From the IMG/VR virus record IMGVR_UViG_3300046050_000043, positions 1-40,824 of that record: a stretch of 40,824 nt of DNA, one strand, 5' to 3'. The position numbers were made by a program, and so were the translations under genes. Below, piece after piece: positions 16,457 through 26,900 of the stretch. The notes beneath the pieces were generated by a model. It ran no database searches. It was not told the origin of the DNA and saw only the letters and a program-made list of their open reading frames with translations. The stretch's first letter is position 1, and every line of letters starts with the position of its first letter. This stretch comes from a virus (Duplodnaviria; Caudoviricetes).

Positions 16457-17140
16457 GTGTTCGGCGTCACGCTCACGCTTGCCCTCGTCGTCCTCGGCCT
16501 GTGCTTGGCTGCCCGACGCGGCCTGGCCCGCGTCTACGAGCGGCATCCGCTGGCCGCGTGCGTGCTCATGATGGCGGGAGCGCCCACGCGCGATGCGAGC
16601 CAGAACTTCCAGACGGCGAACGACGAGCACCGCGTCACGATGGGCACCTACCACGTCGGCCCCAACAACGCCAACGTTCGATCTCAGCGCTTCGTGAAGC
16701 GCGACGGGGACGACGGGAAGGTCACCGTGACCGCGGCCGGGGACCTCCCCATCGGCTACCTGACCCACGGCCAGGTCGACGACAGCACGCCGTCGACGTG
16801 GGGGCCGGGCGAGGTGAAGACCGGCGAGGACTTCGCCACGGACGACAAGGTGAAGGTCGAACGCGGGCAAGGCTGGATGGTGCCCGTCACGATCGAGGAC
16901 AGCACGGGCACGGTGAACGCCGGCGACGCGCTCACCACCGCTGCCAACGGGAAGGTGAAGGGCGCGGACGCGCTCAGCGTCGCCGTCCCGAACGGGACGA
17001 CGAACGTTCAGTCCACCAGCGCGCAACCCGACCTGACGGAAAGCGGCGGCCTCCCGCCGCAACCGATCGTCGCTTACGCCAACGAGACCGCTGACCCCGG
17101 AGGCGGCGATGTCGAGATCATGGCCGTGCTGGCGATCTAA
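16457..17140 (+). CDS. Head decoration/cement-like protein (alternative start 16568)
   Basis: Directly before the capsid gene; beta-rich, VNAGDALTTAANGKV, ends EIMAVLAI. Confidence 0.65.
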   Translation: MFGVTLTLALVVLGLCLAARRGLARVYERHPLAACVLMMAGAPTRDASQNFQTANDEHRVTMGTYHVGPNNANVRSQRFVKRDGDDGKVTVTAAGDLPIGYLTHGQVDDSTPSTWGPGEVKTGEDFATDDKVKVERGQGWMVPVTIEDSTGTVNAGDALTTAANGKVKGADALSVAVPNGTTNVQSTSAQPDLTESGGLPPQPIVAYANETADPGGGDVEIMAVLAI

Positions 17141-17154
17141 GAGGTGAGTCACGC

Positions 17155-18087
17155 ATGAAGACCTACCAACAACTTCTCCACGACCGCGAACAACGAGCCG
17201 GGCACGACGCCCAGGTCGGGCACGACGACGGACCGTTGCCCGAGGAGGCGTGGAAGGTCATTCTTCCCCAGCTCGAGCGGTCGTTCAACACGATCCGGAC
17301 CGCGCGCGCCGCCTTCCAGCCCATCATCAGCACCGAGATGTCGGGATTGGGCATCACGGAGATCAAGGAGTACGAGATGCAGGACCAGGCGGGCGCCGTC
17401 GCCACGTTCGACTTCGAGCCGCAAGTCAGCGACGCGCCCGACCTGTCCGACGGGATCGTGCGACGCATCGGTGTCCAGAAGGACACCAAGCTCCCGTTCC
17501 AGGTCAACGAGAGCCTGGACCAGACCGACTTGCTCGGCCTGCAGGACTTCGCGATGGAGAACGGCGAAGCCGTCGCCGTGCTCGAGGACAACATCGCCTA
17601 CACCGGGCACAGTGACTTCGACTTCGGCGGCTTCCTGAGCCCCTCCTCCGCGACAAGCAGCGTCGGGACCGAGTGGAGCGGCAACCCGACGAACGTGTAC
17701 GACGACGTGAAGGCGATGAAGCACGACCTGCGGGACCAAGAGATCCCGCCGGACAACGTGCAGAAAGTCCTGTTCGTCCACAGCACGGAAGCCGAGGAGG
17801 GCCTCGAGCAGCGGTGGAGCAGTGACAACGGGGAAACGCCGGCCGAGTCCCTCATCGACGCGGGCCACATCGACGGCTACGTCACCACGGACCGCCAGAC
17901 GACGGGCGAGGCGACGTTGATCCCGATGACGCCGCGCGTGCTGCGCTGGCACCTGCTCGTCGACCAGGACAGCGAGTCCTACGCGATGGGGCAAAGCCAG
18001 CGCTCCCCGATGGCGCTGGGGACGTGGAGCGCCAGCATCTACGACGTGAAAAAGCCCGCCGCGATCATCAAGAAGACGGGGCTGTGA
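17155..18087 (+). CDS. Major capsid protein (HK97 fold, encapsulin/linocin-like)
   Basis: Position and size (310 aa); AVAVLEDNIAYTG...GFL, W...NVYDDVKAM, terminal KPAAIIKKTGL; GAGGTGA RBS. Confidence 0.85.
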   Translation: MKTYQQLLHDREQRAGHDAQVGHDDGPLPEEAWKVILPQLERSFNTIRTARAAFQPIISTEMSGLGITEIKEYEMQDQAGAVATFDFEPQVSDAPDLSDGIVRRIGVQKDTKLPFQVNESLDQTDLLGLQDFAMENGEAVAVLEDNIAYTGHSDFDFGGFLSPSSATSSVGTEWSGNPTNVYDDVKAMKHDLRDQEIPPDNVQKVLFVHSTEAEEGLEQRWSSDNGETPAESLIDAGHIDGYVTTDRQTTGEATLIPMTPRVLRWHLLVDQDSESYAMGQSQRSPMALGTWSASIYDVKKPAAIIKKTGL

Positions 18088-18093
18088 TTCGTC

Positions 18094-18561
18094 GTGCCGG
18101 ACACGTATCGCGTCCAGGACGGCACGTTGAAGCTCGCGGACGGGTCCAAGCACCCACCCGGGAGCCTCCTCACCCGTGAGGAGTTGACCGACCGCGAGCT
18201 CGACGTGTTCCTTGACGGGGACTACCTGCGCCCCTACGATCCCAGCCAGGACGAGCAGGATCTCGAAACGCAGGCGCGCCAGGACGAGCGCGCCACGATC
18301 GCGGACCAGCTACGCGACACGGGCCTCGAGCAGGCCGCCATCGTCGTCGAGGAGGGCGAGGTGCCCGACGACGCGCAGGCGTCGGTCCAGCACGACATCC
18401 CCCCCAACGACGACGCGGACGAGGATGGGGAGGGGGCGGGTTGGCGCAGCGACTATCACGAGGCGCAGGCGAAGGCCAGCGAGCTCGGCGTCGACGCGCA
18501 GGGCACACACGAGGAACTCGTGCAGCGCATCGAGACCCAGCTCGAGGAGACCCCAGAATGA
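18094..18561 (+). CDS. Head-region protein with C-terminal HeH/SAP-like motif
   Basis: YHEAQAKASELGVDAQGTHEELVQRI; follows the capsid gene. Confidence 0.65.
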   Translation: MPDTYRVQDGTLKLADGSKHPPGSLLTREELTDRELDVFLDGDYLRPYDPSQDEQDLETQARQDERATIADQLRDTGLEQAAIVVEEGEVPDDAQASVQHDIPPNDDADEDGEGAGWRSDYHEAQAKASELGVDAQGTHEELVQRIETQLEETPE

Positions 18562-18749
18562 GCATCAAGGACACGGTCTTGCTGACGAAGCGGTACAAGA
18601 TCCTGCTGACGCTGATCGCGGTCTCGGTGTTGACCGTGGTCGCGATGGCGTTCGGGTTCAGCGAGATCGCCTACATGGCCACCGGCGGCCTCGTCGGCTA
18701 TCTCGGCAAGATGAACGGCCACACCGACCCCTCCCAGGACGGAGACTGA
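18558..18749 (+). CDS. Small membrane protein (holin-like candidate)
   Basis: ATGA overlap; two hydrophobic segments in 63 aa. Confidence 0.55.
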   Translation: MSIKDTVLLTKRYKILLTLIAVSVLTVVAMAFGFSEIAYMATGGLVGYLGKMNGHTDPSQDGD

Positions 18750-18754
18750 GACCC

Positions 18755-19120
18755 GTGCCGGAAGCCATCACGGCCCAGGACGTCCGCGACGCGATCGAGA
18801 CCGTGCCCAACATGAGTCTCCCCAGCGGCGTCACCGACGACCTGCTCAGGGACCAGATCCGGCGCAAGACCGGGCGCGTCCTCACCAAGATGGGCCGTGA
18901 TGGGGTGCCCACGAGCGAGCCCGCGCAGGGCGCGGTCGAGGACGCCGTCCTCCAGCTCGTGGTGAACCAGATCGTCAGCTGGACCGACCCCAGCGACGCC
19001 GACCTGCAAGAAGCCATCCAAACCGCCGACGAAACCGCCATCGGCCCAACCGATGCTGAGCAGGCCGCCGAAACGGAAGGCTCGGGGAACGCGGGCCTCC
19101 ACGTCACCGGAGGGACCTAA
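18755..19120 (+). CDS. Probable head-tail adaptor
   Basis: GTG 18755; ITAQDVRDAI start and helical pattern typical of gp6-like adaptors; position. Confidence 0.55.
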   Translation: MPEAITAQDVRDAIETVPNMSLPSGVTDDLLRDQIRRKTGRVLTKMGRDGVPTSEPAQGAVEDAVLQLVVNQIVSWTDPSDADLQEAIQTADETAIGPTDAEQAAETEGSGNAGLHVTGGT

Positions 19121-19122
19121 CC

Positions 19123-19593
19123 ATGCCACGCGACGGGATGGATGTCGACGTGGACGCCAGCGAGTTCCAATCGTTTGCTCGCCAGGCGCCGCGCGAGGCC
19201 GAAAAGGTCGCGGTCACGTACTACCGGAAGGGCAGCCAAGTCGTGCGCGACCTCCAGGTCAGTGAAGCCACGGATCGGTTCGGGGTCGAAACCGAGGAGT
19301 CCCGGATGCGAACCGTCGACCCCTCCCGCCCCACCGGCCGGTACGCGGCCAGCGTCCAGACCAGCATCGAGGAGGACCACGCCGACACCGGACCCCGCGT
19401 CCCCTACAAGCACTGGGTGGAGAAGGGCAGCCAGGCGCCGGCTGCCCGGATCCCGTCCACGCACGTCGATGCGGCGTTCATCGGGCACCGCCCCGTCACG
19501 CGCGCCACCCGCCAAGCTCGGGACCCGCTCGAACGCTTGCTCGCCAAGGAACTCGAGCAGGGCCTGCGCCGATCCACAGGAGGATTGGGCTGA
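19123..19593 (+). CDS. HK97 gp10-like neck/tail completion protein
   Basis: TGRYAASV...PYKHWVEKGS...GHRPV pattern; position. Confidence 0.65.
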   Translation: MPRDGMDVDVDASEFQSFARQAPREAEKVAVTYYRKGSQVVRDLQVSEATDRFGVETEESRMRTVDPSRPTGRYAASVQTSIEEDHADTGPRVPYKHWVEKGSQAPAARIPSTHVDAAFIGHRPVTRATRQARDPLERLLAKELEQGLRRSTGGLG

Positions 19594-19594
19594 C

Positions 19595-20041
19595 ATGGCG
19601 GCCAAACCCACGCTCGAAGGCCTGGTGAAGACCCAGCTCACCGCGACGCGGGACGAGGTTCACGCCAACCTGGATGCGCTGGGGTTGAACCACGTGGCTG
19701 TCGGGCGCGAGCAGGGCGACTGGACGCACCCAGCCAGTTTCGTGTACGCCGGTCCCGGCGACGCGCGCATCCTGGAGGAGCAGCGGGCGGGCGTGAGGAT
19801 CTGGCAGGTGCCCGTCGCGGTCACCGTCGCCGTGCTCGACCCGGAAGGCAGCGCCGACGACACGGCCGTCGGGAAAGCCGAGGCCGTCGCCGAGCACTTG
19901 GCCGGTCAGGGCCTCGGCGAGGCGCACAAGACCAAGCCCGTCGGGCTCAGCGTGGGCGGGGCCGGCCAGGAGAACCCCAGCGCCTGGGAGACGTTGGCTG
20001 CCTGCCACCTCCAGTACCAGGTCAAGGTCGCGAGGACGTGA
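19595..20041 (+). CDS. Probable tail terminator
   Basis: ATG 19595 with GGAGG RBS; size and position before the tail tube. Confidence 0.55.
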   Translation: MAAKPTLEGLVKTQLTATRDEVHANLDALGLNHVAVGREQGDWTHPASFVYAGPGDARILEEQRAGVRIWQVPVAVTVAVLDPEGSADDTAVGKAEAVAEHLAGQGLGEAHKTKPVGLSVGGAGQENPSAWETLAACHLQYQVKVART

Positions 20042-20045
20042 TGCA

Positions 20046-20357
20046 GTGACGAAGACACGCATCGAGAAAACACGCGGCGCCCCCGTGCTCGTGTACGAGG
20101 GCGAGCACTATCTGTTCAGCGAGGGCCGCATCACGAGTGACGAGGAGGCGACCCTCACGGTGGACCACGACACCGCGGTCAGGCTTGTCGAGGCGCACGG
20201 CGAGGTGCGCATCGACGAGGTGCACGTTGTGCCCACGCTCGAGGACGCCAGAGAGGACTATCACGCCGCGCAACAGCTCGCCCGGTACCATGACCTCTCC
20301 GCGCAGGGCACGCACGAGGAACTCCTCGAGCGCCTCACGAACGAGATGAGAGACTAG
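20046..20357 (+). CDS. Small protein with the same HeH/SAP-like C-terminal motif
   Basis: DYHAAQQLARYHDLSAQGTHEELLERL. Confidence 0.65.
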   Translation: MTKTRIEKTRGAPVLVYEGEHYLFSEGRITSDEEATLTVDHDTAVRLVEAHGEVRIDEVHVVPTLEDAREDYHAAQQLARYHDLSAQGTHEELLERLTNEMRD

Positions 20358-20370
20358 GAGTTGACAACCC

Positions 20371-20835
20371 ATGGTTACGCGACTCACCGGCGACTACATC
20401 GAGCTGCACAAGATCACGGACCTCGGCTCGACGAGCGAGAGCGAGACCAAGGTCGGCGAGACGAAGGGCGACGTCGTGCTCCCGACCGACGTCACCGAGG
20501 CCTCGGTGAACGAGCACAACAAGAAGCGCCCGAAGACCAAGCCGGTTCGCTTCGACGACGCGATCGAGTTCGAGGGCACCGTCACGAGCACGTTGCAAGC
20601 CCTCACCGATCTCGGCATCATCGACAGCAACAACGTCCTGCAAGGCTTCAACCCGACCGAGGTCGAGGCCCTCCGCTTGAAAGTGTTCGAGAACGAGGGC
20701 GACACGAGCAGCAGCCAGGAGTGGGACGTGGAGGAGGTCTACGTCAAGCGCGGCGACATCACGTTCCCCACCGAGGATTTCGCTGACTGGACGGCCGACG
20801 GCACCGTGAACGGCAAGATCAAGAAGGTCGCCTAA
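20371..20835 (+). CDS. Probable major tail tube protein
   Basis: Beta-rich, 154 aa, directly upstream of the chaperone and tape measure genes. Confidence 0.7.
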   Translation: MVTRLTGDYIELHKITDLGSTSESETKVGETKGDVVLPTDVTEASVNEHNKKRPKTKPVRFDDAIEFEGTVTSTLQALTDLGIIDSNNVLQGFNPTEVEALRLKVFENEGDTSSSQEWDVEEVYVKRGDITFPTEDFADWTADGTVNGKIKKVA

Positions 20836-20852
20836 CACCCGGGTCAGGCTCC

Positions 20853-21479
20853 ATGACTTCACCCAGGAACGCATCCGCCAACGAGGCCACCCCAGCCGAG
20901 GAACTCGACCCCGAAACCGCCGAACAGATCCAAGACAACCTGGAAGCGGGCGAGACGGAGGGCGACGTGTGGGATGACATTCACGAGCACCAGCAAGAGG
21001 TGCACGGCGAGGACAAGGCCGACCAGGTGTTCCGCGCCCTCCGCCAGGACACCACGCACATCCAGTTGGACGGAGCGATCGAGACCGAGCACGGCGTCCA
21101 GGAGATCAGTGTCGAGCTCGAGGTGTACCGTGTCCCGCTGCAGGGCTTGCTGGACTTCATGGGCGAGTGGCAGAAGCTGCAGGCCTTGGGCGATGTCGAG
21201 GCCATGGACGAGGACGAGCGGCAGCGGATCGAGATCGACGGGCAGAACCCGGAGGCGTTCGCCAGCCGTCTCGCGGAGGACGCCTTCCGGCACGTGGACG
21301 ACCTGCTGGTGAACCCCTACGAGTCCGGGCTCCACAGCCAGCGGTTGCGGCGTGAGGCCTACGGGCTCGAGGTGGCGGCCAACCTCATCATGACGGCGGC
21401 CGACGCGTTCGGCGCCGAGGTGGATGAGGCGGGAAATACGGAGCCTCCCGGGAAGGCCAGGGCCTCGCAGCGCTCTTGA
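20853..21479 (+). CDS. Tail assembly chaperone (G-like)
   Basis: Between tube and tape measure genes; slippery G-GGA-AAT near its end. Confidence 0.75.
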   Translation: MTSPRNASANEATPAEELDPETAEQIQDNLEAGETEGDVWDDIHEHQQEVHGEDKADQVFRALRQDTTHIQLDGAIETEHGVQEISVELEVYRVPLQGLLDFMGEWQKLQALGDVEAMDEDERQRIEIDGQNPEAFASRLAEDAFRHVDDLLVNPYESGLHSQRLRREAYGLEVAANLIMTAADAFGAEVDEAGNTEPPGKARASQRS

Positions 21480-21577
21480 TCGAGGCTGGGTGGACCCTGG
21501 AGGAGTGGATGCGTCGTGACACGCGCGAGCAAGCGTTCTTCGTCAACGCCTGGGCCGAACTGACCAGCGAGGACTAA
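21431..21577 (+). CDS. -1 frameshift extension of the chaperone (GT-like product 20853..21577)
   Basis: In-frame heptamer GGGAAAT at 21431-21437; -1 frame reads YGASREGQGLAALLIEAGWTLEEWMRRDTREQAFFVNAWAELTSED to TAA 21575-21577. Confidence 0.75.
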   Translation, partial: GKYGASREGQGLAALLIEAGWTLEEWMRRDTREQAFFVNAWAELTSED

Positions 21578-21592
21578 CCCGGAGGAACGCCT

Positions 21593-23914
21593 GTGGCGAG
21601 CGATCTCGAGGTCCTGACCCGGTTGACGCTGGATGCCTCCAGCTTCAAAAACGGTGTGAAGGGCGCTGAAAAGCGCTTGCAGGACACGGGGCGTCGGATG
21701 CAAAGCGCCGGGCGCAGCCTGACGATGGGCGTGACGGCGCCGCTGGCGGCCGCGGGGGGGGCGGCGGTGAAGACCGCGGCGGACTTCGAGTCGGGGATGA
21801 AGCGCGTGCAGGCCCTCAGCGGGGCCACGGGCGACGAGTTCGAGGCGATGCGGACCAAGGCCCAGGAGATCGGGCGCACGACCGCGTTCAGCGCCAAGGA
21901 AGCCGCCGGCGGGTTGGCGTTCCTGTCGAAGGCCGGGTTCGAGGCCCAGGAGAGCGTCAGCGCGCTGCAAGGCGTCACCGATCTCGCCGCCGCCGGCCAG
22001 ATGGATCTCGCGCGGGCGGGCGATGTCGCCTCGAACGTGTTGAAAGGCTACGGGATGCAGGCCGAGGACATCGGCCGCGTCAACGACGTGTTGGCCGAGA
22101 CAGCGACGAGCAGCAACAGCAGCATCGCCGGTCTCGGGCAGGCGTTCAGCATGGCGGGCAGCGTCGCGAACAGTGCCGGTCTCAAGTTCGAGGAAACCGC
22201 CGCCCTGCTCGGCCAGATGGGCGATGCAGGAATTCAAGCGGGGCGTGCGGGGCGCACGTTGCGGGCCGCAATCGGGCGCCTGCTCGACCCCTCCAAGGAA
22301 ACGCAAGAGACCCTTGCCCGGTTGGGGGTCTCAGCGACAGATAGCGAGGGCAACCTGCGCAGCATGACGAGCATCGTCGGCGACCTCGCCGAGGCCGGCG
22401 CCAGCACGGCGGACATCATGCAGATCTTCGGCAAACGCGCCGGGCCGGGGATGCAGGTCTTGTTGGACGAGGGCGTGGGCGGGTTGGAGGATTTCCAGTC
22501 CCAGCTGGAATCGAGCGCGGGGGCGGCGGGCGAGATGGCGGACAAACAGTTGGAAGGCCTCGAGGGCCGATTGAAGGTCTTGACGTCGTCGATGGAGGGG
22601 TTGGCGATCGCGATCGCGGACACGGGCCTGCTCGACATGGTGACGGGGCTCGTCGAGAAGGTGACGGGGTTCGTGAACCGGATCGCCAGCGCGAACCCTC
22701 GCCTGTTGAAGTGGGGCGTGATTGTGGCGGGGGCGGCGGCTGCGGCCGGTCCGTTGTTGATGATTCTCGGCGCGTTTTTGACCGTGCTTCCGCAAGTCGT
22801 CGGCACGTTCTCGGTGTTGGCGGGACCGCTGGGCATCGTGACGGGCCTGCTGGCGGCGGTGGGCGTGGCGGCGGTGAAGAACTTCGAGAAGTTCGAGGGC
22901 GTGCTCGATCCGGTGACGAAGGATGCCGACACGCTGGGCGGCATCCTGGCGGGACTCCCCGAGGTGTTGGCGAACCTCGTGAGCGCCGTCCCGTGGCAGC
23001 GGCTCGGGGAGCAGGCACTGCAACTGTTTGCGGGCACGACGCAGCGCCTCTTGGACGCGGTCGTGAACGTGCCCTGGCGGGAGCTGGGTGCGAAGGCCTC
23101 GGCCATGGTGCGGGTCGTGGTGAACGCGCTCGTGGGCTTCATCAAGAGCGTGGACTGGGCCCGGCTCGGGCGGAAGGCCCAAGCCATGGTGAGCACGCTC
23201 GTCGACAAGCTCGTCGCGTTCATCGAGGGCGTGGACTGGGTGGGCGTCGCGGAGCGCATCGCCGTATTCGTGGCGACGCTCGTCGACAAGCTCGTCGCGT
23301 TCATCAAGGCCGTCGACTGGGCCGCGGTCGCGGGCGACATCCTGGTGTTCGTGCAGACCTTGGTCGACAAGCTCGTCGCGTTCCTGAAAGACGTGGACTG
23401 GGTGAAGGTCGGGGAGACGATCGGGGAGAAGCTCACCTCGCTGGCGGCCGCGATCGTGGACGCGCTCACCGACATGCTGAACAACTTGACGATGGAAGAC
23501 GTCGCCGGCTGGGCGGAAACGCTGGCGAGCGCCGTCTGGCAGACCATGAAGGCCACGGCCGAGCTCGGCGCCGGGGTCGCCAAAGGCGCCATCCCGGGCC
23601 TCGCCGAGGGGGGCATCGTGCGGAGCCCGACCTTGTCCGTGATCGGGGAAGCCGGTCCGGAAGCGGTCGTGCCCCTGGACCGATACCGGGACCTGCAGCG
23701 CGCGGCCCGCAGCCCCGGCCCTCAGTCCCGTCCTTTGAGCAACGGCTCGTCGACGCCTCGCGACGACCGCGTGATTCAACTGCTCGAGGAACTACTGGAC
23801 GCGTTCGGGGGCGAGCTGGGCACCGTCGTCCTCGACGGGAAAGAACTGGGGCGGTTCGTGAGCGAGGAGCAGGCCCGCCGGAACCGACGCACGGGGGTGA
23901 GTCCTAGTGGCTGA
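21593..23914 (+). CDS. Tape measure protein (TP901-like core)
   Basis: MGVTAPL...AADFESGMKRVQALSGAT core, Ala/Gly-rich, Trp repeats, LAEGGIV...GEAGPEAVVPL. Confidence 0.95.
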   Translation: MASDLEVLTRLTLDASSFKNGVKGAEKRLQDTGRRMQSAGRSLTMGVTAPLAAAGGAAVKTAADFESGMKRVQALSGATGDEFEAMRTKAQEIGRTTAFSAKEAAGGLAFLSKAGFEAQESVSALQGVTDLAAAGQMDLARAGDVASNVLKGYGMQAEDIGRVNDVLAETATSSNSSIAGLGQAFSMAGSVANSAGLKFEETAALLGQMGDAGIQAGRAGRTLRAAIGRLLDPSKETQETLARLGVSATDSEGNLRSMTSIVGDLAEAGASTADIMQIFGKRAGPGMQVLLDEGVGGLEDFQSQLESSAGAAGEMADKQLEGLEGRLKVLTSSMEGLAIAIADTGLLDMVTGLVEKVTGFVNRIASANPRLLKWGVIVAGAAAAAGPLLMILGAFLTVLPQVVGTFSVLAGPLGIVTGLLAAVGVAAVKNFEKFEGVLDPVTKDADTLGGILAGLPEVLANLVSAVPWQRLGEQALQLFAGTTQRLLDAVVNVPWRELGAKASAMVRVVVNALVGFIKSVDWARLGRKAQAMVSTLVDKLVAFIEGVDWVGVAERIAVFVATLVDKLVAFIKAVDWAAVAGDILVFVQTLVDKLVAFLKDVDWVKVGETIGEKLTSLAAAIVDALTDMLNNLTMEDVAGWAETLASAVWQTMKATAELGAGVAKGAIPGLAEGGIVRSPTLSVIGEAGPEAVVPLDRYRDLQRAARSPGPQSRPLSNGSSTPRDDRVIQLLEELLDAFGGELGTVVLDGKELGRFVSEEQARRNRRTGVSPSG
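22988..23401 (+). repeat. 81-bp (27-aa) tandem repeats in the tape measure gene
   Basis: V(P/D)W at 22988, 23069, 23150, 23231, 23312, 23393; GTCGACAAGCTCGTCGCGTTC at 23201, 23282, 23363. Confidence 0.9.
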
Positions 23915-26900
23915 GTGGCGCGTCGAAACTGAGAACGGTGACGAGATCCCGGTCACCAGTGACAGCGTGAAGGCGGCGGGACCGGTCACGTTCGGGCTCG
24001 AGCCGAGCACCGCGGAGATCGCGGCGCCGAACCCGAACGGGCTCGTGTACAACCGGCACGGGACCGGGCTTGTGGAGCCGCGGACGCGCCTCAAGGTGTA
24101 TCGCGACGATGAACTGTTGCTCGTCGGGGACGTCATGGAGGCCCGGGACCGGTTCACGACGCACAACGGGCGCGAGACCGGGCGCCGGGCCGACTTGACG
24201 GTGGCCAGCCTTCCCTGGATCCTCACCAAGCGGTACACCGGCGAGGACCAGTTCCTCGGCGACAGCGATCAAGCGATCCTCAAACACCTCTTGCAGGAGA
24301 CGGTGCTGCAACGGGAACCGTTCGTCGATCAGCGCAACCTGGCCACGCTGAACAACGTCGAGCTCGTCGACGGGTCGCTGCGTCTCGAGCAGAACAACGA
24401 CGAAACGTACCCCAGTTCGGGGCGGGTGGAGAGCAACGCGCGCACCCTCAAAGGGCCGGGCAACAAGCCGACGAGCGTCACGCTGGACCTCGTGCGCAGC
24501 CTCGGCGGCGGCACCGAATTGATCCAAGACGACATCGAGGACGCCAGCCAGATCGACGAGGGGGCTAGCAGCGGTGACGCGACGGTTGAGGAGGGCATCG
24601 CGCACGCGCAGGACCGTACCGAGACCAAGACGGGCGACTTCTCGGACACGACGCAGGCCGCGCTCCTCGACGGTTGCACGATCGAGAACGGCGAGCTGCA
24701 GGCCGCCGACCAGCACCCGATCGACGACGACTTCGACGACGGCACGGTCCAGGGATGGAGCCACGATCACGTCTATAGCTCTATCCGGGGGGATGCGGAC
24801 GTCTCGATAGACAAAGTTGAGGACTCAGCGATGATGGCTGACGCCGAGCGTCTCCTCGTTGCAGGCTGGGATACCTATGACGACTACGAGGCAAAAGTCA
24901 GCGTGGTCGACGTAAGCGACCCCGGCAACCCGGTTGAGACCGAAACTGACGCCCTTGGGGACTGTGAGGACGACAGCGTCACGATTCAGGTTGACGAGTC
25001 AGTAAACCGAGCCTGGGTCGCCTACAAGAACTCGGACAGCAATCTCGAAGTCGCGTCTGTGAATGTGGCCGACCCGGATAGCCTGTACACCGCTGCCCTC
25101 AATACGATTGATGACTACAGTGACGAGGTGGGGAGTGAGTCAGCATACAGCGCCCAGCATGAGATCTTCGTTGTACGATACGGAGATTATACTGACAGGC
25201 TGGTTGGCATCGATGTGAGCAGCCGGGACGACCCATCGATCGCGTGGGAAGTCGACGAAAACCAAGTGATTCCGGACACGTTCAACGACGTTGAAGGGGA
25301 GGGAGACAACCTGTTCCTCATCGGGACTGACGGAGTCGTCAGTTTGGACTTCATCGATGGGTCGGAACGAGATTACCTCAGTGTAGGCCCCGGAACCGTG
25401 ACCGGGATCGACTACCACGCTGGGAACGAGGTCGTGTACGTCTCAGATGATGACGGGGAACTCGCCCTCGCGGATGTCAGTGACCCAGCCTCGATGGCAA
25501 ACCTCGACGAGTCCTACGGCAACAACTACTGCGCGAAAGTCCGGGCCACCCCCAAAGGGGACCAAGTCGTCACGTACGAGTCGGGCGGGGGCCACCACGT
25601 CTGGGATGTGAGCGACCCGAACAACATCGAGATCCTCGAGACCATGAATGTCGGTCGCTACGACGGGGGGAACGCCTCCGTTCTCGGGCGGGAACTGTGG
25701 ACGCCGAGGGCGCAAGGCCTCACGGTTGGCCAGGTCAAGAACGACGCGAACCGCATCCGCCTCAACACCGCCGAAGCAGCGAAATCGTTCTCACCGAACC
25801 TGCTGAGCGGCAGCCTGAGGGCGCAGGTCGATTCGCGGGGGACCGTCTTGTTGTCCGTGCGGAACGGGGACGACCAGCTCATCGCCGTGCTGGAGGTCGA
25901 GGACACAGGCGAGGTGTACCTCTGGGAACCCCCGACCCAGGGCAGCACGGAGGACCTCACCGACTGGGATCGTGAGTTCCAGGGCGGGCTCGGCGGCTCG
26001 ATGCCTCGTGTCGTGAAGCTGTACTGGGACCTGGAGGATGAGACGGACCCTGTCGTCGAGGCGTACGACGGCACGGACAAGCTCGGGGAGATCACCAGGA
26101 CCGGCCCGATCCGGAACGGGGCGGACCGGGCCTCGATCGGCGCGGTCCGCACCGCCTCGGACGACCGCCACGGCGACGTCGATGCGTACCTAGATAACGT
26201 CAAGGTGTTCGGATCTCGTGAAGAGCCCACGCTCGACACCGACTGGACGTTTGAGAGCACCGCGTTCGACACCGCCTACGAGGCTCGGAAGGCGGCGCTC
26301 GACGTGGCGCAGACGGTCCCCACCGGGACGGGGATCGTCTGGAAGATTAGCCTGGACGGCGGCGCGACGTTCCAGGAGGTTGAGCCGGACGCGGGCACGG
26401 ATGGCGAATACGGCCCCGAAACCTGGTACGAGGACATCCTCCGCGGGCAGGACATCGTCGTCCGGATCGAGGCCACCGGGGACGGCGGCTCGAACAGTCC
26501 CAGCGTCGACGAATACCATGCACGCATCGCGAACGGATGGGAGACCGGGAAAAGCGTCGTGCAAAGCAGCACGCGGAACCAGGAAACGTTCACGCCCCAA
26601 AGGGCCAATTGTAGCGCCGATCAGTCCGTCCCTAGCGGCGTGTCCACCACGTTCGAGGTCACGTTCGATGGCGGGGGCACGTGGTACGCGTTCGATCCCG
26701 CGGGGGACACGGTCGAACCCAGTGCCGGCGACGTGAGCGATCCTCCCGACGTTCGCTGGCGGGTCACGGGGGACAATCCGGGCGAGGACGGGACCTGGAC
26801 GGTCGACCGGTTCAAGATTGTGACGGAGGACCCGACCGGGAGCGGGAGCCTCACGCCCTACGTGTCGACGGATGGCGGGCAGACCTGGCACGAGGTCACG

